Positions 1 through 10,812 of a stretch of DNA of 64,000 bases are shown piece after piece. Within the stretch, counting starts at the first letter, position 1. Each line of letters opens with the position of its first letter. The notes beneath the pieces are model-generated. The model was not told where the DNA came from. It saw nothing but the letters and a program-made list of their open reading frames with translations, and did not search any database. The DNA comes from Lama guanicoe (lineage: Eukaryota): positions 276,934-340,933 of the forward strand of contig MU053520.1 of NCBI GenBank assembly GCA_013239625.1. Direction: 5' to 3'. A program made the position numbers and the translations under genes.

Positions 1-322
1 TAGCTCTATTGGAAGTCAGTTGTGAGACTTTCCCCAATCAGCCTCCTGTTCGTTACATTCTATGTTAGCCTAGTCATTATTCTCCAAAGACAAAAATAAC
101 AGAAATCAGGGGGAAAGAAAAAAGCCCATTGCAGGTTCTTCTTTTGCATCCTATTTTGATAAAGGTACAGAATCAACAAGCATTGGTAATTATACCCCTT
201 GCATAAGCTAAAGCACATTAAAAAAGGAAATATAAAAACCTAGTCCTTCATTCTCAAGGAATAAAGGGTACAGGTGGAGTAGTGATACAAACATTGCATA
301 ACTAATCATATATTTATTTCTG

Positions 323-703
323 TTTTTTGAGGTAGAGTCAGTTTACAATGTTGTGTCAATTTCTGATGTACAGCACAATGTCATACATGGATAGACATAT
401 ATTCATTTTCATATTCTTTTACACCATAAGCTACTATAATACATTAAATATATTTTCCTGTGCTTACAGTATAAACGTGTTTATCTATTTTATATATACC
501 AGTCAGTCTCTGCAAATCTTGAAATCCCAGTTTATCCCTTCCCACCCTCCTCCCTCCTGGCAACCACTATTTGGTATACTATATCTGTGAGTCTGTTTCT
601 GTTTTATACATAAATTCATTTGTGTTTTTTTTTAGATTCCATATATGAGTGACAACATATTTTATGGCTGAGTAAATATTCCATTGCATAAATATACCAC
701 AAC
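323..703 (-). mobile_element. 5'-truncated LINE-1 3' end with 16-bp TSD
   Basis: Matches the L1 3' end seen at 7759-8430 and 39625-40330; flanked by CATATATTTATTTCTG (307-322) and CATATTTTTATTTCTG (704-719); internal deletion near 660. Confidence 0.85.
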
Positions 704-1149
704 CATATTTTTATTTCTGACTTAATATTGCAGTCATCACCCTTACTCAGGGCTACAGTGCTTCTTTCAACCTCACCACAATGAGAAGCCCTGGACCTAA
801 CCCTGGCACAGCATATTCTAATTTAGGGCATGCAGGAAGCATTTAGCTCTGTTAGAATTCTTGTTTAGTATAAATTGCAAATTTGGTTCTATGATGTATA
901 GGAAAAGAGTCAGGAGTATGGGTCAAGGTCTAGTCTTGCAGACACAAGAAGGAACATAGCTTTGATAGGCAGCATGTTTCCACACAGAGCTGGGTCTTCT
1001 TAAGTGCTTGTAGATGAGGTTATTTTTATCACATATATAGGCCATTCAAGCCAGAATGGTACACATCTATAATTCACCATAAATTAAACAATTGGATTCA
1101 AGGTCTTAATGCAAACAATTAAATCTTACTCTCCAGAGGAGGGAGGTAT

Positions 1150-1370
1150 AGCACATGGACTTCAGTACTTACTCTATTGAGGTTGCTTCTCAGGCCTTAT
1201 AATATTTCATTTGATCTTCATAACAGGGCCATGAGGTACCTATGATTGTGCTTCCTTTAGAAACAAGAAAATTAATTCTGAGAGGTTAAACAAAGAATCC
1301 AAGCCCATGCAGTCAGACTGTGTAGGGCAGAGCTGTATTTGAATACAGGTTTCCGTGGTTCAAATAAGTA
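1150..1370 (-). mobile_element. MIR SINE remnant
   Basis: Core-like 'tttgatcttcataacag...gaaacaagaaaattaattctgagaggttaa...tttgaatacagg'. Confidence 0.6.
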
Positions 1371-1612
1371 AGTAGGTAGTGTTATCTATATCACATATTA
1401 TGAGAAAGTAAATTCTTTATTGAACTATTTTCAGAATGCCAGTGAAAGAGAATGAAGACCAATGAAACACTCTTCAAATAGCGGGAACTTACTTGAACTG
1501 ACTAATCCTTAAATAACTTCCCACTTATTTCCCTTTTACTGGAACAACACTCTCAGTTAATTGTATCAATTGTTTCAATGACACATATTTTTGCATTTCA
1601 TTCAAAGGTGAA

Positions 1613-1652
1613 ATTAAAGTTCATGTGTCCTCATTAAAGTTCATGTGTCCTT
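1613..1652. repeat. 20-bp tandem duplication
   Basis: ATTAAAGTTCATGTGTCCTC followed by ATTAAAGTTCATGTGTCCTT. Confidence 0.95.
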
Positions 1653-2504
1653 ATTCCTTACTTACTTTTAGTGCTTTTCCTTTGGACAATGGGGATTTAG
1701 TCTGCAGCTGACCATATTTTCCTACTACATCGTGGTTTCCATCAGTTCCTCTGTGGTAGACACAGAGACAAACCATCCTGATCCTCTTTTAAGGAAGGAC
1801 TTTCTGCCCAGCTGCATGGACTGAAGTAAGTGATGGGTCTTGAAGTCCTAATGGAATGCCCAGCTATAGCTGTCAGTGTGGTACCTTATGAGCTAGAGAC
1901 CAAAGGTAGTTGAACCTGGCTCAGAGAACATCATCATGGGGAATTTCTCATTGTCTCTGCAGATACCAGTGGAGATAGAAGCAGGCTATTGAAGACCAGA
2001 CAGCACCAGAATCCCAAAGATCAGGTACCATATTTTATGGAAGCCTTCTTATAACTGAGAAAGCGTATCAAGGGAGCAGGAAAAAAAAAGAAAGAAAAGC
2101 TTAAATTTGTTGAGTTTAAATCCAAATTGATGGTAAACCATCACACTGAACTATTTACCAGGTAATGATAAGATTGTTTTCCTATCATACAAATCGGGGA
2201 CTCAGTTAAATAAAAAAATAGTTTGACTTTTCTACATTTATACATATATTTACAAAATATTAATATATAAAAATTAAATTTTTACACTTTGGATTTGAGG
2301 CTTATGAAACTTATAACCACTGCATTTGATTTTCTACGGTCTTCCTTGTTTTTAGTTTAAGAGAAATAAAAATAAATCTGACAGTGAAAGAGAGAAAAGT
2401 TTGTGCCGAAGAAGAGATGGGGAAGAAGCTATAAAAGACACCAAAGAGGAGACTCTGAAGTAAACATAGGGGAAGAAAGCATTTTCTTTTCCCAAAATAC
2501 TTAC

Positions 2505-2625
2505 CTTAAAGGGGCGAGACAGATGAATTCCTGTTTTAGGCTGTGTCAGAAGGCAAAGTTTCCCCAGCTGAAATATCCGACATGCCGCTACTGCATGGCA
2601 GTTTACGTTCATTACTGCTGCCTGT
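2505..2625 (-). other. Candidate first exon of an unidentified minus-strand host transcript
   Basis: Non-repetitive, locally GC/CpG-enriched; perfect donor AAG|GTAAGT (exon ends 2505); ATG at 2612 gives 36 codons MNVNCHAVAACRIFQLGKLCLLTQPKTGIHLSRPFK in phase 0, though the exon may be untranslated. Confidence 0.45.
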
Positions 2626-2639
2626 CCCCGGAGCTCCTT

Positions 2640-2850
2640 GATGTTCTTATAAGCTATTTGTTGTCCTCAAGTATGTCATCATGTGTTAAGTTATATGTTT
2701 TGAAAGATGGGGTACCAGGTTAGCTGAAAAGGTATTACTAAGTTAAAAATAGAGGAGGAGAAGAGGGGAGAGGAAAGGGTCTAAGAAGAGAGAGAGCAAT
2801 GAAAGGAGAAAGTGAAAGAAGTAGGGAGGTGCGGGGATAGAGGATAAAAA
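2640..2850 (-). promoter_or_regulatory. Candidate core promoter (TATA-like TTATAAG plus purine/pyrimidine tract)
   Basis: CTTATAAG at 2646-2653, just upstream of the candidate exon; GA-rich tract 2750-2845; apparently repeat-free sequence continues to about 4100. Confidence 0.35.
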
Positions 2851-5360
2851 GTTGAAAATTCCTAGGGCTGCTAATTTGGGAAAGTTATTTCCAAGAGAAA
2901 TAGAAAATTGGACAATTGTCCTGTGTAAATGCTCTGTTTTGGTGCTGTTTTGTTTTGTTTTGTTTTATCAAATCCTTTCTTCTCATCTTCTCCCCTAATA
3001 GTGAGGTGTTCCACACTGTCAGTTCAAAAGTGCTTCTGAGACATAGCTTGGTAAGAATCAATACAGTCTAGTCAGTCCAATTTCAAGTCACTGAATAGCA
3101 CCTGTTCTCTTTGTAATAAAGTAAGTCATCTTTTTCTGAATGAGCTGAGTCTGAAAGCTTGGGAGGAGACAGGAAGCACTAATGCACTGCAGTGTTTAAA
3201 CAAATCAATGCACCACTGTACCTTGAAAACCACCAAGCAAACAATTGATACCCAGCAGGCCCTGCACTTAAGGCAGCTCCAGGCAGCTACCAGGCCTGCT
3301 ATTTATTTCCATTTCTTGATACCTTTGGAACATCATTAACCACAGGGAAGCATTAGGAGGACAAGTGAGCCAGATTCACATCTGTTTAAGTAACTGTGAG
3401 AACTAATCTTTTCAGAACATTAGAATGCTGCTTAGAATTTCACTTCTGCTGATGGTATTACCCTGACCAGATTGACTGTAAACATTGTTATCAAAGGCGT
3501 TGCTTCAGCTCTGTCTGTCTCTATGGGAAAATTTTTATTTTTATTTTTCCTTAAAAAGAACTAGCAGGGGCTGACTTTTTATTCCAAATTCAGGGCATGC
3601 TTTTCAAGTCATTTATCCTTCTTCTCATGAAAAATGCGATGCCACTAAAACAAACCTTACAAGACAGACCACAAAATGACAGACAAATAGCATCTTAATA
3701 CGTTTTTATACAGGCACTTAAATGTGTTTTTTTTCCCTTTCTCCTTCTCAAAAAGATAAATGTTTTGGGTAAATAATCAACCAAGGTTTTTATTTTCTCT
3801 TTTGCTTTCAGAGTGTGTTGTCAAGCTTGGTAAATTTTTTAGCAGCTGTCAGAGTAAATTTATTACCAATGATGTCTACATTCTTATATAATCCAGAAGG
3901 GAAAGTCCTGGTGATGGGTCTTATTTCAGTTTTTGGAAACCAGATGTCTAGCATGATTAGGATGCAAAAAGAGAGTCAGTTATATGAAATCTCCAACTGC
4001 CATCTCTTATGCAGTAATGAATAAAAGCAGATTGTCCTAAATTGTATCACTTGTAACTTTCCTTCACTTGCATAACCAAGAACTACAGATGGAGAGGGAA
4101 TTACTGATACATGTTTTTGAAAATTAAAAATACAGTGAATTTATTTTAGGAAAAAATAAGGCAAATTAAGATGTTGCTATAGTGCATAATTTAAAATATA
4201 TATCCAGACATGAAAAAGAGCAAAATTCCTAAAGTTAATAGAACAAAAAATATAGATAAGTTAAAGGAAATAAGAAATTGTCATAATTTATAAAGATAAT
4301 ACTAATATCTGCTTCCTTTGGAGCCTAGGGAGGACTCCACTGGCATCATTGAAGGTGACAGTGTAAGAAATACTCAAAATATAGATGGAATGAACACTAA
4401 AATGCTTCATGACCCAAACTGCTTGGGACTCAAACAATTTCGTGCATATAAAATTAAGCATAGCATGGAATGTATATCACACAATCATATATTTATAGAT
4501 AGCCATTGTGGTTTTGTGTGTAACTGCTGCAAAGCTATATCACAAATGAATAGATAAATCACTTATGGAAATATCCAGTCCGGATATATTCATAAAGATT
4601 TATGTTTATTAAATGCATGCATTGGAAACAATACCCAAAATGTATCTGGAATATCCTAGACACTTATAAAATCACAAAATAATTTTTATTCAAAAGGCCA
4701 AGCCCAGAGTCAACATGGAAGCAGACAATCTTCAAGGTCAAGGATACCTTGGGAATTATTGCTGTAAAAATCTCACATACTTACTATGTGGCCAAACTGA
4801 GATACAAACCCATGTTGATCTGACTCTAAAATATTTGCTCTATATTGTTGCTGTCTGGTATCAAAATGCTGGGAAGCATAGATCATTTAAAGTATTGATG
4901 AGTTAAGTATGTAAAGTGCTTACATAAGTTGGAAACCCTTAATAAATACAAGGTTTTACTAGCTATTATTAGCAGCCATTATTCGGGTGGTTTACAACTA
5001 GGTAATTGATAAATATCTATTAAATTAATTTGAAATTTAAAAAAACATTGTAGAGACCTCATCACTATCTTTTCCCTTTAGTAACTTTTCAAGCTCATTT
5101 TATCAAAGGATGTCTTGTATGTTGATATTAGAAAAACAGGTTTGAAGGTAACAGAGGTTATATGAAGATATATATTAATCAGGATAGTCCAGACTATGCT
5201 TGGATTCATACAAATTTTTTCTGATCACATAAAGTTTAATAGGTGTATGTAGATTTCCTCCATCTTATTTATTTAGTATTTTTAGCTCACGACACTTAAT
5301 ATCATTGCTTCAGGAGAATGAAGGGCTGAAAGTGTACACAGAATGATTTAAAAGGTCAAG

Positions 5361-5812
5361 CATAAGTGAAGTAAGCCAGAAAGAGAAAGAAAAATACCAT
5401 ATGAGATCACTCATATGTGTAATCAAAAAGAAAAAAAATAAGAAGACAAATGAACTCAAATATAAAACAAAAACAGACTCATAGACATAGAATACAAACT
5501 TGTGGTTGCCAGGGGGATGAGGGGTGGGAAGGGAGACACTGGGAGTTCAAAATTTGTAGATACTTACAGGTATATATAGAATAGATAAGCAAGTTTATAC
5601 TTTATAGCACAGGGAAATACATACAAAATCTTGTGACAGCTCACGGTGAAAAAGAATGTGACAATGAATATATGTATGTTCATGTATGACTGAAAAATTG
5701 TGCTCTCCACTGGAAATTGATATAACATTGTAAACTGACTATAATTCAATAAAATAAAATTAAAAAAATATCCAGTAAAAAAATAAATTAGAAAAAAAAT
5801 TTAAAAATAAAA
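5361..5812 (+). mobile_element. 5'-truncated LINE-1 3' end with A-rich tail, inside an older MaLR-like LTR
   Basis: 'taagtgaagtaagccagaaagagaaag...ttcaataaaataaaattaaaaaaa' is the reverse complement of the other L1 3' ends in the window. Confidence 0.85.
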
Positions 5813-6525
5813 TACCAAGCCTAGAAAAAGGCTTACATTGTTTCCACCAGCATGCCCTGGGCCAGAATCTACTCACACGATCAAAATGACCATATGAACC
5901 ACAGATCATTTGAAGTATCACATGAATATTTAATGAGTTCTAACAATTTATGCTACACTATTATCAAGGATAATCCTAACCTGAAATCAGTAAAGCAATT
6001 TCTCCTCCTCTGTTCATAGAGGAAGAAGCAAGCATTGGTACAAGAAGATATTCTGACTTCTGGAGGAATAATTGAATTAGTAAACTATTTTGAGAAATAT
6101 GACTATTTTCAATTTTTATGCTGGATGGCAAAAATAATCACATATTGGTTGTATCTAAAATGTGCACCATTTTACAAACAAATGCTGAATTTCTGATCCA
6201 AATAGCCTGGTTCTGCTGCTGATGTATATTTTATTTAGGTAATATCTGCTTGTCAAGAAGAAAAGCTGTCAGTCTTACAAGTTTTACAAGAAGTTGTCTT
6301 CTCTAGACTTCAGTTTTATTATTACAGTACAGTGGTTCACACCACCTAAATTTAAATCATGCATTTAGTCATTATCAAGGACGTAAGCTGGGACAAGCAA
6401 GTCACTTCTATAAAATCCTTCATCAGTAAAACCCTTTGTATGGTTGTTGTGAAAATTAAATAGAAGAAATTGTACAAAACACTTTGGGGTTGGCCATCAA
6501 AAAAATATTATGTTAGTATTGAATC

Positions 6526-7011
6526 TGATGGGAAGTTTGCCCTTACTGCACTGAGCTTAGTATCTGACAATGACCTTGGATGAATAGGCCATGAAGCCCA
6601 TGGCCAAGGTCACAGCAACATACTTGTAGTATAAGGTAAATAATGATTGTATGCATGTGCCAGTTACGTAAGTCTTAAAACAAAGAAAGTAAAAGTATGC
6701 ATGCACTAGTGGTATTATGTAAACCTCATGAACAAAGAAATGAACACTGTGCATGTGTGGGTAGAAAATAGATAAAAGCCAGACAAGTGCAACACGCTGG
6801 GGCGCTATCTTGTTAAACTAGAAGAAAGTGCTGGTCGCCAACGCCGCTGCTGCCGACCACACTCGCCACCTGCTTGTACTGCAGTAAAGTGCTATGTTGC
6901 TTCATGTCGGCTCCTTGTGCAGTCTGTTTCACGGTATGGCAGCTCCTTGCACATTTTTCCGTTTGGGTCACTCACCTCCTCGAATCCCACTTCAGCCCCC
7001 CTTGGCTGACA
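6526..7011 (+). mobile_element. Solo LTR, probably ERVL class
   Basis: TG...CA ends; 5-bp TSD GAATC (6521-6525) / GTATC (7012-7016); TATA-like GATAAAAG near 6771; AGTAAA polyA-like signal near 6883; CpGs retained. Confidence 0.65.
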
Positions 7012-7329
7012 GTATCTCACAAACACTATTCCACTCTAGCTATTTTGTTCCCAAATCAGCTCATTAAAATATTTTGTATTATTTAAATGGCAAGACTAGG
7101 GTTATGTTACAGTCCCAACTAAAAAGATGCAGTGCTGTAGCTCTAAGTTTCATTTACATGCACTTTTTAGATGGCTTTAGGTAGTCCAATGTTTATTACC
7201 TATAATAAGAACAGTATGTTCAGTTCACCAACAGAAAATCTGATATTTTAATTTCCTGCCTACACTACCTGTGAGTTACTCTGGTACTTTTTACAGTTTT
7301 TCTCCCCCTCTCTGTGGTTTTATTCTTTA

Positions 7330-7744
7330 TTCACTCTGGTAATTATCATAGCCCAGAGCAAAACTTAATTTATTGATGTATACTTTACCTACAAAAAAAA
7401 GTATATATTTAAAGTGTAAAATTTTATTCACTTTGACAAAGTCACAAAACACAACCTCAATCAAGATACTAAACATTTCCATCACCCGCAAATACTTTCT
7501 CTGGCTCCCTTGCTGCACATCATACCCTAATTCCAACCCTAGCCAGCAACTAATCTTCTTTCGTTTATTATAAATTGGTTCGTACTTTTCAGACATTTAT
7601 ATAAATGAAAACAAACAACATGGACTATTTTCATGTCTGGCTTCTTTCATTCCATATAATACTTTTGATATTTGTTCATGTAATTACATGTGTTTTAATT
7701 AATTAATTTTATTGCTGAGTAGCATGCATATAATATTTTCTGGA
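7330..7744 (-). mobile_element. Ancient L1 (L1M-type) 3' region, left part; continues at 10827-11170
   Basis: 'aacatttccatcaccc...tgtctggcttctttcatt...ttattgctgagtag' motifs; interrupted by the younger element at 7759-10812. Confidence 0.65.
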
Positions 7745-7758
7745 CCCATTTATTTATT

Positions 7759-10700
7759 TCTTTTGAACTTTAACATTTTTTATTGAGTATAGTCATTTTA
7801 CAATGTTGTGTCAAATTCCAGTGTAGAGCACAATTTTTCAGCTATACATGAACTTATACATATTCATTGTCACATTTTTTTCTCTGAGCTACCACATGAT
7901 CCTGAATATATTTCCCTGTGCTATACAGTACAATCTTGTTTATCTACTCTGCATTTTTAAATTCCCAGTCTGTTCCTTCCCATATCCCCCCCAGCAACCA
8001 CAAGCTTGTACTCTATGTCTATGGGTCTGTTTCTGTTTTGTATTTATCTTTTTTATTTTATTTTTTAGATTCCACATATGAGTGATCTCATATGGTACTT
8101 TTCTTTCTCTTTCTGGCTTACTTCACTTCGAATGACATTCTCCAGGAGCATCATGTTGCTGCAAATGGCATTATGTTGTCGGGTTTTATGGCTGATAGTA
8201 TTTCATTGTATACATATACCACTTCTTTTTATCCAGTCATCTGTTGATGGACATTCAGGCTGTTTCCATGTCTTGGCTATTGTAAATACTGCTGCTATGA
8301 ATATTGGGGTGCAGGTATCATTTTGAAGTAGGGTTCCTTCTGGATATATGCCCAGGAGTGGGATTCCTGGGTCATATGGTAAGTCTATCCCTAGTCTTTT
8401 GAGGAATCTCCATACTGTTTTCCACAGTGGCTTCCCTTGTTTCCCTCTCCCACTCTTAATGATTTAGATGTCTTCTTTTACAATTTTGTGTTTATTCTTT
8501 TTGTAATTCATGGCAGTTATCACCTTTCCAGTTATGAGTTTCTCATTTTTGTAGCATCCTGCTTCTTTTCTATTTAGAGTAGACCTGTCAATATTTCTTT
8601 TAGCATGGGTTTAGTGTTGCTAAACTCTTTTAGTTTTTGCTTGTCTGTGAAGTTCTTTATCTCTCCTTCTCTTCTAAGGGATAGCCTTGCTGGATAGAGT
8701 ATCCTAGGCTGCATCTTTTTTTTCATTCAAGACTTTGAATATATCTTGCCACTCCCTTCTGGCCTGTAGTGTTTGTGTAGAGAAATCAGCTGAGAGCCTT
8801 ATGGGGGTTCCCTTGTAACTCACTCTTTGTTTTTCTCTTGCTGCCTTTAGGATCATTTCTTTATTCTTGACTCTGGCCATCTTGATGATGATATGTCTGG
8901 GTGTGGGTCTGTTTGGGTTCTTCCTGTGTGGGACCCTCTGAGCCTCCTGTGCTTGGATATCTGATTCTTTTAGGTTTGGGAAGTTTTCAGTCATGATTTC
9001 TTCAAATACCTTTTCAATCCCCTTTGTTCTTTCTTCCCCTTCTGGAATCCCTATTATGTGTAGAATGGCATGCTTTATATTATCCCATAGGTCTCTTATA
9101 TTGTTTTCATTGTTTTCTATTTGTTTTTCTCTCAGCTGTTCTGATTGGGTGCTTTCTGTTGTCCTATCTTCTAGGTCACTTATTCATTCCTCTGCATTAT
9201 CTAGCCTGCTTTGTACAGCCTTTAGGTCAGCTCTCATCTCAGCAAATGAGTTTACTAATTCTACTTAGTTCTTTATAAATTCCATTTCATTTTTGACATA
9301 TTTTATATCTCTAAAAACTATTGCTTTTAGTTCCTTTGGTACTTTGGTCATTCCTTTTTTGAAATCTTGATCTAATAGGCTATCATTGTTTATTTCCTTG
9401 ATCATGCTTTCAGGGGATTTCTCTTGATCTTTTAATTGGGAGTGGTTCCTCTGCTTCTTCATATTGCTCATATCTCTGTGGCACTGTGGCTTAAGGAGTA
9501 TCAGTTATCTAGTTCTCCTGGAGATGGTGTGCTCTTAATGATTTTATTGAGAGGTCTTTGTGTCTTTGCCCTGTTTCATGAACTCAGCTTGCTGTTTCCA
9601 GAGGCCCTCAGTTGGCGCCCTCATCTGTGCTGCTCTCAGTGGCTGTCAGTTAGCAGATCGTGTCCCCTCCAAATGCTGTGTCAAGTGCTGAGCTCTTACC
9701 CGGTGGGTGGGCGGGTCACTCCCCCTCCTGATGCAGCAGTCAGATGCTGCACTTGGGCAAGGCAGATGGGCTGATCTCGCCCCCTCCCAGCACCATGGTC
9801 AAGTGCTGAGTCCTGCCAGGAGGGCAGGTGACTGCCTGCCCTCTCCTGGTGCCAGTCGCTTGGCTGCTCTGTGCAGCTGCCCACTGCACCTTGGGTTGGC
9901 ACCCTGAAGGTGGGCTCAGGGGAAGACCACAGAACTACCCAGCCCCTGCTATGTGCCAAATCTCAGCTCCTTGTTTGTCTTGGAGGCACAAGTTCTCTGA
10001 GGTGCCAGGGTAGAAATATCCTATCTGCTTCAGGCTGTAAACAAGTCTCAGTCCTGCCCAGGAGGTGGTGGAGCCCCTGGATGCAGATTCAGGGCTCGCC
10101 CCCCCCCACTCCTGGGCACTGCACACAGGAGGAGATGGTGGCTGTGGCTGCGCCCCACCTCTCTTCTTGTGAGAAGCCCCAGTAATGAAGGCGCAGGTCT
10201 GAGGAGACAAAGGGTACAGCACCCCTCCCCCCAGGGCACATCAGCCATTTTGCTTTGCTTTTTTCACAATTTATGGTGGACCGAGGTTGTTCTGCTCCAT
10301 ATCTCCTTGCAGTCACATTGTGCAGCACCTTGCAGTCCCCTGGGGCTGCCTCAGTGCAGCCGCCCCAGTCTTCCACCTGGCTCAGGCAGCCTGTACCGGC
10401 CCCAGCTGCTGGCTCACGTCTCAAGCTGGGTGTCATGGGGACTCTTTGTGCCTGTTTAACTCAGTTCTGTTATTCAAGAGGTGCTCAGGGCAGATCTGAG
10501 CCTCAGAGTCTCCCCCTCCATCCCACCAGCCTCTCCATTGGAGAGGGGAGACTCAGCAAATGAGCACCAGTCCTCATTTGCTGTTCCCTGCCCGGGGGAT
10601 TGGTCCCATGCTGCTTTGCTTTTTCTTCTTTCTGTTTTCCTTTTTTACTACCAGATTCTTGACATCTTTGTCTTTTGAAGAGGGTGATGTTCTGTCAGAG

Positions 10701-10812
10701 TTCAGCAGGTGCTCTGGTTAGCTGAGTAGGTCCGTAGATGTGAGTTTTGGTGTATTTGTGGGAGAGGGTGAACTACAAGTGTCCTTCTACTCCACCATCT
10801 TGCTTTTCTCCC
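7759..10812 (-). mobile_element. L1 derivative: full 5'UTR + ORF1 + 3' end, with most of ORF2 missing
   Basis: 5' start GGGAGAAAAGCAAGATGGTGGAG (YY1-like); GC-rich 5'UTR 9472-10812; ORF1 8574-9471; junction at 8431-8432; ORF2 C-terminus and 3'UTR 7759-8430; TSD CCCATTTATTTATT (7745-7758) / CCCATTTACTTATT (10813-10826). Confidence 0.9.
8574..9471 (-). pseudogene. L1 ORF1p, disrupted
   Basis: MSNMKKQRNHSQLKDQEKSPE...ENFPNL...RPTPRHIIIKM...PIRLSADFS...ARREW...YPARLS...LKEILTGLL*; premature stop at 9265-9267 and a frameshift in the A-run near 8720. Confidence 0.9.

Noticed and set aside
6557..6754. Hydrophobic 65-aa ORF suggesting a membrane protein
   Set aside because: Antisense frame within a solo LTR
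9436..10678. Dense cluster of overlapping ORFs on both strands (possible gene or ORF0-like peptide)
   Set aside because: Lies in the GC-rich L1 5'UTR where stop codons are rare; no recognisable protein motifs
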